From the NCBI GenBank assembly GCA_951406725.2, contig OX597818.1:87482001-87546000 (forward strand): a stretch of DNA of 64,000 nt. Direction: 5' to 3'. A model generated the notes under the pieces. That model saw only the letters and a program-made list of their open reading frames with translations, made no database searches and was not told the DNA's origin. This document shows, one piece after another, positions 12,806 to 26,288 of this stretch; the stretch's first letter is position 1; every line of letters begins with the position of its first letter. The stretch is from Octopus vulgaris. Lineage: Eukaryota. Made by a program: the position numbers and the translations under genes.

Positions 12806-13507
12806 GATATAGATATTTCTGACTTAACCACAGGGCTAGAAGAACCCTGAAACTTACAGAACACCGACTCGAAGAAACCGGATGGCTCGACGTCGGAACG
12901 GACTTCTGCATGCCCGCAAACCTATGACAATGACGAAGAGCTGGCTCAGATCCGCCCGCGATGGGGGTAGGGTAGCATTGATGGACCTGGTTGGCTCTAC
13001 GCACGATGATACCTCTGGGATCACTAACCTGAGATGATTCTAGCCTCATCGACTAAGAACATGATTGAGTTGTTATTTAATCCAACTTTATCTCCAATCG
13101 AGTCGACCAGTGACCAGAGGCATTCGAACTGTAACTATCTCGTCCTTTAAGATTATCTAAGACTATACAATCTAATGTGTTCTTCGCCACCTCTACTCCC
13201 CCTAAAAATTAAGATGGCAGTATTTGATTTGAGGGGTCTTTGACTGCTATTTCTTGCGGGCCGGCAACTAAGTTGAGACATTTGTAGTTGTGTGACCGTG
13301 CGTCTTTTAATAAGTATATGTGTTATACAGAAGCTAACAAGGTAGCATCATATGTAATGAGAGAGAGAAAGAGATAAGGATAGAGAGGGAGAGGAAAAAG
13401 AAGGGGAGAGGTAAGGAGAAGGAGTGGGTGAGAAAGTGTGAGTAACGCAGAGGAGAGTAAAAAAGGAAGCGAGACTGAGAGTATTTGGTTGAGCGAGTTA
13501 CTCTACT

Positions 13508-13912
13508 CTTTTACTTGTTTCAGTCATTTTGAATGTGGCCATGCTGGAGCACCGCCTTTAGTCGAGCAAATCGACCCCAGGACTTATTCTTTGTTAGCCT
13601 AGTACTTATTCTATCGGTCTCTTAGGCCGAACCGCTAAGTTACGGGGACGTAAGCACACCAGCATCGGTTGTCAAGCGATGTTGGGTGGGTGGGGGAACA
13701 CAGACACACAAACAGACACACACATACATATACACATATACACATATATACGACGGGCTTCTTTCAGTTTCCGTCTACCAAACCCACTCACAGGGCTTTG
13801 GTCGGTCCGAGGCTATAGTAGAAGACACTTGCCCAAGGTGCCACGCAGTGGGACTGAACCCGGAACCATGTAGTTCGTAAGTAAGCTACTTACCACACAG
13901 CCACTCCTATGC
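13508..13912 (-). mobile_element. SINE family A
   Basis: Near full-length reverse complement of 7479-7880. Confidence 0.92.
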
Positions 13913-13946
13913 CTATTGTTAACTATAATAAGTAATTTCTGACACA

Positions 13947-14012
<66 letters not shown>

Positions 14013-14306
14013 AGAGACAGACAGACAGAGAGACAAGTAGAGGCAGAGGGAACGAAGATGTTTTGTATGTGATGTTTTGTACACACACACACACACACAC
14101 ATAAATCAACAACTTAATAATTTACACTCCTACCTCATTGATTCGCGTTCTACCTTTTTTTTTACTTTCCGTTTTTGGTTCTTTTTCTGTGAAGAGACGA
14201 AAGTTGAACACAATACCCGTGTTGGCTTTAACATTGAAGTCTAACTTTTCGATTGTATGGTCCGGTTAATCTCTTCCTTTCCCCATCTCTCCACTCTCTC
14301 TCTCTC

Positions 14307-14341
<35 letters not shown>

Positions 14342-14644
14342 TTATGTGCCTCTGTGTGTGTAAGTATGTGTATAGGTATGTGTATGCGTATTCATGTATG
14401 TGTGTAGAAATAGACAGAGATAGATCAGACAGACAGACAGACAGACAGATAGGTAGGTAGATAAAGGGAGAGATTAAGTGTCTGGTAGAGTAAGCCGTTT
14501 ATGTGTGTGTGTGTGTGTGTGAGCGATGTCCATTAATTTGTGAAGTGAGAATTATTAGGTGATGTCGGGAGAGAGACAAGCAGACAGAGAAAGATAGATA
14601 AATAAATCGATAGACAGACAGATTGATAGATAGATAGATAGATA

Positions 14645-14690
<46 letters not shown>

Positions 14691-14963
14691 CGAGAGAGCG
14701 TGACAGACAGATAGACATATAAATATGCAGAGAAACGGAGCATTGGTTGTGGGCGAAGGGTGGGGGCGTAGGGAGAATTTAATCATTAAATTGGAGATCC
14801 TTTAACATCATTTATTCGAGTCGCTCCACTGATTCGATCTCAATTAGATTAGGCTGCCTGACCAATATATCCCTCCAGGCGGAAGTTCTACTGACTAAGA
14901 AGAGACGCCGACACCTCATCTTCATCCACGCACCGCTCTGTAAACCACAGCATCACTAATTAC

Positions 14964-15119
14964 CTCTCGCTGCTACACCGCCATTCGCACTGTTGCACTG
15001 TTTCTAAGCCATAACAGCAGCAGCAGCAGCCGCAATAGCAGCAGCACCCGCAACAGCAGCAGCACCCGCAACAGCAACAGCAGCAGCACACTACCATATC
15101 TTTGTCACATTCCTTTATA
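14964..15119 (-). promoter_or_regulatory. Candidate TATA promoter and non-coding first exon
   Basis: Minus strand: TATAAAG (15119-15113), TAGT about 27 nt downstream, (CTG)n-rich leader, AG|GTAATT donor at 14964/14963. Motif-only inference. Confidence 0.35.
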
Positions 15120-15146
15120 CTACCATAATATTACGCCACACACGCG

Positions 15147-15177
<31 letters not shown>

Positions 15178-15299
15178 ACACACACAAACACACACAAACA
15201 AACATTCAAATATACACACGTTCTTTTATTCTTTTATTCTCCTAATAGTTTCAGTCGTAAGACTGCGGCCATGCTGGAGCATCGCCTTAATTTGTTTTC

Positions 15300-15640
15300 T
15301 TCCAGTTTTGTTGTCACTTTATGATTGGATGTTGGTCCATGATTGGATTTGCAGCAGCTGGTCTTCCCTGAGAGTATTCTTAAACGATTGGCTGGTCCGG
15401 TATCGTCGATAGAACTTTATCCATTTTTTTTCTTTGAATGCTTCAGTAGAGGTCTCTTTCATATTTCTGATTTCCTTAGCTAGGCAGTTGAACAATTGAG
15501 GACGTTTAAATATCACACTGGTACAATAGAGTGATTTTGCTCGTGAAGATGACTTATTTGGAAGCTATCAGTTTGTGCATTAAAATTCTCTCTAGTGCTG
15601 AAGTTTAGAACGTGCTCCTTCAGAATTTTCCATACGCACA
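15300..15640 (-). pseudogene. CR1/L2-group LINE 3' remnant
   Basis: PQLFNCLAKEIRN...FK resembles 48770-49262. Confidence 0.55.
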
Positions 15641-15657
15641 TAAAAAAAATATATATA

Positions 15658-16372
15658 GTGGAGACACAATGCCTAGTGGCTAGAGCAGCTGACTCGCGGT
15701 CGAGAGATCGCAGGTTCGAATCTCAGACCGTACGATGTGTATTTTATGAGCGAAACGCCTAAACTCCACGCGGCTCCGGCAGAGGGTAATGGCGAACTTC
15801 TGCTGACTCTTTCGCCACATCTTTCTCTCACTCTTTCCTCCTGTATCTAGCAGCTCACCTGCGACGGATCAGCGTCCCGTCCAGGTAGGGAACCTATACG
15901 CCAAGAAAACCGGGAAACCGGCCCTTATGAGCCAGGCATGGCTCGAGAAGGAACAAACAAACAAACAAATTAAAACTCAACTCCAGCTCAACTCCAACAT
16001 TTAACCTAGTGGTTCTCAACCATTTTTTTTTTGTCTATGGACCCCTTTGTTTCTTACTTTACTAAACAGGACCTTTGTGGAGGCACATGGCCTAGTGGTT
16101 AGAGCAGCTGACTCGCGGTCGAGGGATCGCGGGTTCGAATATCAGACCGTGCGATGTGTGTTTTATGAGCGAAACACCTAAACTCCACACGACACCGGCA
16201 GAAGGTAATAGCGAACCTGTACTGACCCTTTCGCCACAACTTTCTCTCACGCTTTCCTCCTGCATCTAGCAGCTCACCTGCGACGGACCGGCGTTCCGTC
16301 CAGGTAGGGAACCTATACGCCAATGAAACCGGGAAACCGGCTCTTATGAGCCAGGCATGGCTCAAGAAGGAA
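15658..16372 (+). mobile_element. Two OR-type SINEs with V-domain-like tail T1 (15658-15955, 16078-16372)
   Basis: Near-identical copies; tRNA head ...gactcgcggtcga...ggttcgaat; cctgcgacggaccggcgttccgtccagg. Confidence 0.88.
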
Positions 16373-16445
16373 CATGTAACAACAGCAGCAATATATAAAA
16401 AGAATGTCATATAGACTCAAAGTGCCGGTTTCATTAGAGTTTATA

Positions 16446-17615
16446 CAGGGTGGGTGGAGTGTAACTAGGCATTAGAACAGTGGTTCCCAAAGTGGGCGGT
16501 ATTGCCCCCCACCCCTGGGGCGGTGGAAAGTTCTAAGAAGGCTTTAAAAAAGTGGGGTGATAAAGGGGTAGTGATTCATGTAAAAAGTGGGGGTGATAAT
16601 GGGGTAGCGATTCATGTAAAAACAACAAAATAATGGATTCATTAAGTTAAGTTTTATTGGTGAAATACAGTTGCTTTGAATTTGCTTCAGAAAGAGGTCT
16701 ATGTTTGTGACGGCTAGTTGGAGTGGAGGCGCTAGGAATGTAGCCTGGGTGCCAAGAGGGCAGAAGCCCGAAAAAGTTTGGGAGCCACTGCATTAGAAAC
16801 TGTCTATAGAATTTTTAGTATCACTGAAGTCATGACGAAAACATCTTTTAAACAGACAACACTAATGGGGATTTCTTAGTTTCTTATTTCTTATTTTCCA
16901 GATGGTCGGTCGTTTGGTCGTTTGACTGTTCAGCATGCTATGAAGTGTGCAATTCCATTATTTTGGTTCAGAGATGGCGGCGTGCATGGAAAGGCAAGCA
17001 TGCAACATGATATCCGGAGACAATAGAAAGTTGTCATGCAAAGCTGATGACCACGGGCTCTGTGAACGATGCAAAAAGTGGCTGTTCAACCCGATTAGCG
17101 GAGAACGTGGCAACAATGCAGGAAATGTTTAATCGCAGCCCTCAAAAATCAACACGTCAAGCAGCTCGTGAAAGTGGACTAACAAGACACACAATACGTA
17201 CGGTGTTACATAAAGAATTGAGTTTTCGTCCGTGGAAACCCCATTACGTGCAGGACCTAAAGCTTGAAGACTGTGACCAGAACAGAAGAAGTCCAGATCT
17301 CACTCCATGTGATATTTACCCGTGGGGTTACACAAAAGAGGTGTACAAGACAAAACCACACGGGAAGACTTGGAGAGACGTATTTAGGAGGTTCTCAACG
17401 AAATCCCAGACGATGTCCTTCAGAAGGTTGTTCATTCCATCCCTGGTCGTTTGAGGAAACTGGTTGATGCCACCGGTTCTTGCATTGAAATATGAAGATT
17501 TACTTTCATTTACCCATGTAATAAAGAATATGTATCACTTGTTTCAATAAATTTGTAAAAGGAACATGGATTTTATTACCAATTTTTAATGCCTGCTTAC
17601 TTTTCCCTCATCCTA
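16446..17615 (+). mobile_element. Internally deleted mariner/maT-type (DD37D-like) element
   Basis: TA-flanked TIRs (cagggtgggtgg...aggcattagaaa / ttttaatgcctgcttac...catccta); peptide FNRSPQKSTRQAARE...PWKPHYVQDL fused directly to RSPDLTPCD. Confidence 0.85.
16478..16790. mobile_element. hAT/Charlie-type MITE nested in the mariner TIR
   Basis: TIRs cagtggttcccaaa / tttgggagccactg; exact 8-bp TSD cattagaa (16470-16477, 16791-16798). Confidence 0.92.
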
Positions 17616-18255
17616 TATATTCCCCATCTGACGGAACGTTGCGTGGACTGGAGCAACGTGAAATGAAGAGTTTTGCTCAAGAATACAACGCATCTCTCCG
17701 TCCAGGAACCGAAACAACAATCTTACGATCATGGACTCAATACCTTAACCAATAAGCCATGCACCTTCACAAAGTTACCTTCTTGTGTCACGGTGTCTGA
17801 TAAGGGCCGGTTTCCCGGCTCCCATGGCGTATAAGTTCCCCACCCGGACGGGACTCCGGACCGTCACAGGATTACTCATTTTTGCCAGCTGAGCGGATTG
17901 GAACAACGTGAAATGAAGAATACAACACATCACCCGTTCCTGGAATTGAAACCACAATCTTACGATCATGAATCCACCACCACTAAGCCCAACAGCACTA
18001 AACCACACTTTTCCACCCATACGCATATGATAGTACACATATCTCTCTCTCCGGAGTTCAAGCAAGTAGAGACGCAGAGCGTTACAGTAGCTCGTTATGG
18101 TAATAATACCACTCTATAGTACCATTACTTCACCCTCTTATCGAGCCATACTAGTACCACACCACTATAAATATCAGTATACCATTTTAGTACTACAACC
18201 ACTACCCTGCCAGACACAGCCAATACCTTACTATCATATCACTATCATACCACAC

Positions 18256-18682
18256 CAGTGTCGTCTTAATACGTAGGCACACTGCACAGTTGCCTGCGGG
18301 TCCCACAGATCTAGGGGTCCAATTCTAGTCTCTATGTATGCTTTGCTTTGCAGTTGATAAATAAATACTATAAGGCCCAGTATGGAGGTGCGTGGCTTAA
18401 TGGTTAGGGTGTTGGACTCATGATCGTAAGACTGTGGTTTCGATTCGTAGACCGGTTGATGCGTTGTGTTCTTGATCCAAAGTCTTCATTTCGCGTTGCT
18501 CCTATCCACTCAGCTGGCAGAAATGATTAATCCTGCGACCGATCAGCATCCCGTCCAGGGAGTAAATATATACGCTACAGAATCTGGGAAACTGACCTTA
18601 TCAGTCTATATCCCCCGAGAAAGAGCTATAGGGTTCAGTACATTGATTTGCCCAGGGGTCCACAATCCTGCTAAGACACCCC
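18256..18682. mobile_element. GGGCCC-type hAT MITE interrupted by a SINE (about 18384-18625)
   Basis: TIR cagtgtcgtctta / taagacacccc; tentative TSD taccacac/taccacgc; SINE TSD ctataaggcccagta / ctatagggttcagta. Confidence 0.65.
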
Positions 18683-19089
18683 TACCACGCACTACTACCA
18701 TAGTATCATACCATAAACACCTCCACAACACAATACCATCCTGTTAGCTCACTGCAACAGTCCTACACCTCCATACCACTTCACGCTACCACGTGATCTA
18801 ATACGTCATCATACAATCACAGCACCACGACACACTTCCATACTATGTCGAGCTAATCATAGTTACTATGTGGTTGTTGAACCTGCTAAAGATAGACACT
18901 AAATTTCCCTCAAAGTAAAGGTCCTCAGTCTTAAAAAAAAGGACATAATGGATAATTTTATTAAGAGTGCGCTATCTCTGAAAAATAAAAACGTGGGATG
19001 ATCGTGGCTGGAATGCCTTTGATCAAAGATCTGTTTAATCATGGCTGACCTGTGATAAAAAGAAACCCAAAAGAAACAAATAATAATAA

Positions 19090-19755
19090 TGGTTTCAAAT
19101 TTTTGCACAAGGCCATCAAGTTCGTGGGTAAGGGTTAAGTCGATTACATCGAGCCCAGAGATCCACTGGTACTTATTTTATCGACCCCGAAAAGATGAAA
19201 GGCAAAGTTGACCTCGGCATAATTTGAACCAAGAACATGAAGATGGGCGAAATGCCGCTAAGCGTTTTGTCTGACGCGTCAACGATTGCACTTCCTCGCC
19301 ACCTTATGATAATCCTTTCTACTAAAGGCGCAAGTCCTGAAATTTGGCGGGGTAGGTGGATAGTAGTCGATTATATCAACCCTGGTGTTTCACTGGTACT
19401 TATTTTATCGACTCCGAAAGGATGTAAGGCAAAGTCGACCTCAGCAGAATTTGAAATTAGAACGCGAAGACGGGTGAAATGCCGCTATGCATTTTGTCTG
19501 ACGCACCGACGGTTCCATCAGCTCGCCACCATGATAATCCTTTCTACTAAAGGTTCACAGCCTGAAATATGGGTGTGGGGAGGAGACTAGTCAGTTACAG
19601 CGACTCCAATGTCTCATTGGTATTTATTTTATCGATGCCGAAAGGAAGAAAGGCAAATACAACCCCGACGGAATTTGAACTCAGAATGTGCAGACGGACA
19701 AAATACGGCTAAGCATTTGGTTCTGGTGAGCTAGCGATTCTGCCAGCTTGCCGCC

Positions 19756-19810
<55 letters not shown>

Positions 19811-19836
19811 TAATAATGATGATGATGATGATGATG

Positions 19837-19894
<58 letters not shown>

Positions 19895-19914
19895 TGATAA
19901 TAATGATGATGATG

Positions 19915-19950
<36 letters not shown>

Positions 19951-19986
19951 TTAATAATGATAATAATGATGATGATGATGATGATG

Positions 19987-20035
<49 letters not shown>

Positions 20036-20052
20036 TGATAATAATGATGATG

Positions 20053-20105
<53 letters not shown>

Positions 20106-20146
20106 TAATAATAATGATAATAATAATGATGATGATGATGATGATG

Positions 20147-20220
<74 letters not shown>
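19090..20220 (-). repeat. Three tandem SINE B copies (19090-19757) followed by about 460 bp (AAT/GAT)n
   Basis: Direct reading of repeats. Confidence 0.9.
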
Positions 20221-20349
20221 TCTTTCTAAAATAGGAACAAGATTTGAAAATTTGGGGTAGGATGCTAGTGGATTTCATCAATCCAGGTACTTGAATGGTC
20301 CTTATTTTAGCGACTCCAAAAAGTCGAAAAGCAAATTTGATAATAACAA

Positions 20350-20765
20350 TTTCGTTTACTTGCCTCAGGGGCATCATATACAGGGGACATCATAGGTACA
20401 GTTAAGTATTTATGTGAGAGGTTGTACATAAGAAAATGCGGAAATGAAAAGACAAGGAGGGTGAAATGAGATAAAGGAATACACAGTATACAAAATATGT
20501 GAGCATATGGAAGACGCAGTCGTGAGCATACGGACGGTACAGTCTTCCTGATATAGGAGAGCCTTCAACTAGATCCAGTTAAGGAACCCCACAGATCCAG
20601 GACTACCCTGATTGCGAAAGTTACAAACCCTCGCCCAAATGTTATTCTCCAATGTACAGGCACGTGCCTCTAACCCTTTTTGCTACAGTCACCGATCTTT
20701 TGAGAAATTCGCTCGGGTGGAGAGAAAGTCTCTTTTTTTCCCCCAATTTCCTTTCCGCGTGGAAA
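20350..20765 (-). pseudogene. Possible Tx1/L1-type LINE 3' remnant
   Basis: Degraded C-terminal-like peptide (FH.ERKL...) and UTR; weak resemblance only. Confidence 0.35.
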
Positions 20766-21942
20766 ACTGATTATATCTCTCCATTACTCTATTATAACAC
20801 CACACCACATCTTTGCAATATTAGGCCACCATCTTCCACACTAGTACAACGCTACTCCACAATTTCAACAAATTTCCACACCCCAACACTGATATTTTCT
20901 ACCCTGCTACACACACAACACCATCATTTCGTCATATCTCCACAACACCACGGCACAGGTTTGTGACACAACTACGTCACAACACCACTTCTGCCATATT
21001 CCTATAAATAATACATCCTATCGCCATTTTGCCAATACTATTTCACGCACCAAACCAAACCAAACCAAACCAAACCAAACCAAACCAGACCACTAATACA
21101 CCATGGCAGCATACTACTACGCCACCAATATGGTATGCCACACCACAATTTCATCACACTTCAACACACCGCCGATTCGCCACGTTACCACCTGACTAAA
21201 CTGCTACCAATACCTCACACTATTCCATCTCTATACAATATCCTATGATTTCTATTTGTCGTGTGAATGTCGAGTGTTTTACTTTTCTGTGATATAATAA
21301 TATATTGTCGAGTGTGAATATTGGCTATATTTGATGTTGTCAGTTGTTGTTAATAACGAAGGAGACAGTAAAATACAGTAGGTGTTACTGTTATGTTTAG
21401 AATCAGGCTTCTAGATATTTGACGTAGGATTGAAGAGAAGGTGAGCAGCTTGTAGGAAGAGGTGATTATGATGCCATCTGCGTAGGAGGTAATGTGTACG
21501 TTTATTTTACAAGTGTGGACAGGTCATGTAGCTAGACGTAAGTTCAAAACAGTGACTGTTAAGGTAAATGCTTGCGATACTCATTCTACGGGGTTAAACA
21601 ATACGTTGCAATTATAATCTATCTGAGTTTGCTTACCTGAAAGCTAGTTCGCTTGTCAAATGTCTTGTGTTTGGTTCTTGTGCTTTCGTGTTTTGTTTTT
21701 AACTGTGCAACAAAGAATGGGAGATTGAAATCATTGCTAACAGCGATGATAATTAGAGTGATGTGTATATGTTGTTATTTATATCGTTGTTGTTGTTGCT
21801 GCTGCTGCTGTAGTTGTCAGATATACTTATGCAAGGTTGAATGTAGCTTTATTGCGAATTTGAAAAGGGGATTCTTGGATCGAACTCAAAAACTCTGACA
21901 TTTACCGGTAGCTTATACCATCACCAACAAAAGTATATAAAC

Positions 21943-24100
21943 ATGTGTATGAATGAAGTAGGAAGAACAAACAGCATGAAAAAGATAAAAGGAACTTTAC
22001 AGCCGCTGGATTTTTCTCAGAAAAATATACCTATCCCTGCACGGAAGCAATATCTCAAAGGTCTTATAGAGAAAACGGAAGAGTTTGTTCGAAGATTGAG
22101 ATGGAAAGCCTTCTTCTTTGATACTAAACAGAAATCCGACGGAAACAAATATGAACTTAAATCTCCCAGAAATGCACCACCTATTCCGGAATTAGAAGCC
22201 TTCGAGAAAGACCTTTTCGAACTTATTAGGAAAATTAAATTCCGCAAATATAGCAACCAATTACAGAGAAATATGAAAGAAAAAATTAAGGAGATTAACA
22301 ACTCGAATAAGATCTTCGTTAATTCTGATAAGACAAGGAATTTATATGCACTTGATAAGGACGTTTATAAGCGCCTGATTTCGAATAATGTCACAGATAC
22401 ATACAAAAAAGATAACGCAAATATATACAAAGAGGTGAACTTGGAAGCAAGAGGAATAGCTAACAATCTTAAGATTAGTGATAGGATTGAATATCTTTCC
22501 CCACGACCAGCTTTTATTACACTATAAGACCATAAAGCCAATTTTAATTGAAACCCCAAATGTAGATTGATAAATCCGGCTAAAACTGAGATAGGCATTA
22601 TTAGCAAATATATTTTGGACCATATTTTAACTAAGTTAGATAGTGAAGTAGACTTGAGAATTTGGAAGAATAGTAAGTCAATCATAGAGTGGTTTAAAGG
22701 TATTAGCTATAAGAATAATTGCAGTTTTACACAATTCGATATTATTAACTTTTACCCGTCAATATCTAGGACGTTACTCCTAAGGGCATTGGACTTCGCC
22801 AAGCAGTATGTCGGCATCGATAGCTCGGAAATTGATATTATCATGCATGCGAGGAAATCACTTCTTTTTTTCGAGGGTTCCACCTGAATTTAGATGAGGA
22901 TTCTCTCTTCGATGTACCGATGGGTGCATACGACGGGGCTGATTTATGTATGCTCATAGGAGCCTTTATTCTTCATAATCTAAAAATAGAATTCCCATTT
23001 ATAGATGCAGGTTTATATAGGGATGACGGCCTTATAGCCACCCATAATTTAAACGGCCATGAATCAGATAGACTTAGGAAGGACCTTATTGCTTTCTTTC
23101 AAAGGATGGGCTTACGGGTTACAATAGATACTAACCTGAAAAGTGTAGATTTTTTAGAGGTAAATGTTAATGTAAGGTCGGATAGATTTAAACCTTACCG
23201 TAAGCCCAATGACAAGCTATCGTATATTAACAAAGATTCGAACCATCCACCAGTTATCCTTAGCAATGTAGGTAGAAGAATATCTTCAATTTCTTCGGAC
23301 GAGGCAGCATTCCATAATGCTGCACCTTATTACGATAGCGCATTAAGGAATAGTGGATTCTCTGAGAAGATCCAGTACAACCAGCTTAATGCTGATAATA
23401 ATGCTGCGGGAAGAACTAGGACCAAGAAAGTTTTGTGGTTCAACCCGGCTTTCAATTTGGCCGTAAAGACTAATATAGGTAAGGAATTTTTGAAATTAGT
23501 CTCTAGGCATTTTAAGCAGGACCATAAATTCTATAGGATATTTAATAGAAGAACCCTGAAGGTTAGCTATTCTTATTGCAGAAATTTCGCCTCTTACATA
23601 ATAGGAATCTGATTGATATTAAGCATGGTGCCGAGCCCATTAAGAAATGTAATTTCAAAAATGAATCCTCCTGTCCGTTGGAAGGGAAATGTCTAGTAAA
23701 AGGGGTAGTTTATAGAGCCAAGGTACAAATAGAAGGCTCATCGGAATACAAGACATATACAGGGGCTTCAGAAAATTCATTTAAAACGCGATTTTATTCG
23801 CATAAAAATTCATTTAGATACCCAGAAAATAGGAAGAGGACCAGCCTAGCAAAATATGTCTGGGAACTAAAAGAAAAGGAAACCCCACCTTTCAACGTGA
23901 CATGGAACATTCTGGACAGAGTGGTACCATACAGACATGGAGCACACAAGAATAATTTTAAATGCAATCTTTGCTTGTTAGAGAAACTTTATATTTCATT
24001 CAAAGACAGTAATTCTTTGAATCAAAGAAGTGAGCTGATGAACTTATGCAGGCACGCAACCAAATTTAAAATGTCAAACATAAATATGCCATATGGATAG
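21943..24100 (+). pseudogene. Penelope-like retroelement, Naiad-type RT plus C-terminal GIY-YIG endonuclease, disrupted
   Basis: SDKTRNLY, AFITL*DHK, CRLINP, FDIINFYPSI, MGAYDGA, LYRDD, WFNP, C-x7-C-x4-C knuckle, VVY...YTG, CNLCLLEK, LNQRSE...CRH; several stops and two frameshifts. Confidence 0.93.
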
Positions 24101-25123
24101 AGTATATTTTGTCTTTTGTATTTTTGATTTTTGAAATTTTGATTTTGATTCTTGGACTAGTATGTAAACGCAACGATGGATTTGTTTTGCGCTATGCAGA
24201 TTTTATTCCGTATAGCTAAGTCTCGTGCATATATTTTGTTTATTTTGTTTATATTTCTACATATTCCTTAGGAAAAACCTTCGGCTTAGTTTATTTCATG
24301 TTATTATATTGTATAGGCTTACTTTGATTTTTAATTTATAGATGATCCGAAATAGGGTGTTATATTTTACATGTCTTTCGTATAATTTTTATTATTACAC
24401 TCACCATTTTTTAAAAGCAATGTTGACAAAAACTAGGAATTTTGATGTAAATATGTGTATAGCCACGAGTATGTATTTGTAAGCAGATTTCTCTGTATAT
24501 GTGTAAGTGAGCGTATGTTTGTACTTAAGCACACACATACACGATTGTATGTGTATGTATCCACTTGAACTTGTGTGTTTGCGTACTTGTCTCTATATAT
24601 ATGTGTCAGTATACGTGGTTACACAGTTTGTATACATAATTTTTCTTATTTCGCCCCCCCTCTTTTTTCTTCTTTTTTCCTTCTCCCTTTTTCTTTTTTC
24701 TCTCTCTTCCTTTCTTTCGTTTTTTCTCTACCTATCCGATACTTGTATAGAGTCATATAACTTTACGTCCCCCCCTCCTTTACTCATGTCTTCAACTTTG
24801 CATCGTAAATAAGAACGCTACTTCACCATCCATGATTTTAGCTTGCGTGCGAACTAGATTGCGTATGCATATGTATACATGCATTTGTGTGTATATTTTA
24901 GCTTTATATTTATACGTCTGTATATGTATGTGGTTTGCACGCATCTATCTGTGTATGTTGATATATATGTATAGTTTAATATGAATATGTACTGCCGTGT
25001 AATATTTTAATGCATTTTAACATTTTAATTTCAATTTCCATGTATTAATTATATTTCCTTCATTAAGGTTAATATGTATTTTATTCAATGTAAGGTTTTT
25101 CCTCGAATTTTATAATTTTTATA

Positions 25124-25190
<67 letters not shown>

Positions 25191-25311
25191 TTTTGTTTAT
25201 CGCTCGAAAATTGACCGTTATTTGTAAAGGGCCAATCAAACAAGTCCATTTTTAAAGGTGTAGCGTTTATACTAGTCTGGATAGAATTGACATATCGGTT
25301 CCATTCTAGCA

Positions 25312-25358
25312 AAAACTGTCCGATGAACGGCAACGGGAAACTCAGAGTAACAGATTTT
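25312..25358 (+). ncRNA. Minimal type I hammerhead motif (probable 3' pLTR of the Penelope element)
   Basis: Stem I ctgt/acag; core CCGATGA...GAA; stem II cg-GCAA-cg; palindromic stem III actc-a-gagt; GUA cleavage triplet. Confidence 0.7.
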
Positions 25359-26288
25359 GTTGAATTTTCTGCTGCTTTAAATAAAGTATATGCATATATA
25401 TATATATATATATAAAAATGTAAAATATATATATGTGTGCGTATATGAATGCATGTATATATTAATGTAAGTACGTACGTAGCATGTATGTATGCACTGG
25501 CTGTAGACATACTCACGCTGGTGTCCGAGGGTGCTGTAAGCCCACTGGCAATGAAAGACCCTTGTTTTTGTCAAGGCCTCGAGGGAGGCCTTTAATCTTA
25601 ATCCAGAAGTGGGACCCTGGTGTGGGATTTCCAGGATTTTGAGGGATTTAAAACAAACTCTGAATCACGATTGCGCTCAGGTCTACTCTAACACAGAGTA
25701 GTAACACCTTCCAGGGTTCCAGTTACGGGTTAACTTGCATATAAAGAACTCTTAGAGAGTGAAGGACTCTTAGCTCTCATTAGAACTTCCGTCTTGGAGA
25801 AGATAAACTTTCAAAAAAAAAAAAGAAAAGAAAAAAATCAGAAGTACAAGCGGGTTCTGGTCATCTCAACATCTGTGGTGCCGCTGGGTTTTATAGCTGA
25901 TTGCGCGGAGAAGTGGGTTGAGAGCTGTGCCAAACTTTATGCACTCACAGCAATTTTACGGACAGGAGCTTCTTGGACTCTTGGAACATTTGTACACACA
26001 CTTACTAGATTTAGGAAGTTGTCTTACTCGGTCACGAAGCTTTATGAATGCATCGCAGTATATGTTTCTACACCCTACAGAATCATTAGGTAACAATTTT
26101 TTTAAATTTTCATATAATATTACTTAAGGTTACTCTTCTTAATTATGAATTTGAATCTTATTCCTTAGCTCCATCTCAGTAATCCAGTGGATTACCCTGG
26201 GAGAATTAACAGGTGGTACCTGACAACAAGAAGCATATGAACTTTTCAGAGCGCATTCTGAGGGTTTTGCCCAAACGAAACTAAACGG

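Noticed and set aside
15658-15735. Genuine tRNA genes at SINE heads
   Set aside because: No complete cloverleaf, and they run directly into SINE bodies.
22020-22230. Control: 7-8 bp helices inside the PLE coding sequence
   Set aside because: Shows that short helices arise by chance in this composition, so the structured-island findings need z-scores; only the 21-22 bp stems and long inverted repeats are secure.
22525-22895. In-frame TGA codons as selenocysteine (some Naiad PLEs are reported to encode selenoproteins)
   Set aside because: The TGAs fall at non-Cys positions (one replaces a likely Trp), conserved Cys codons are intact, TAA stops and frameshifts coexist, and I saw no SECIS.
25505-25550. 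Twister-like motifs (gtcc, gaggg, aagccc)
   Set aside because: Motif order and pairings do not fit the twister topology.
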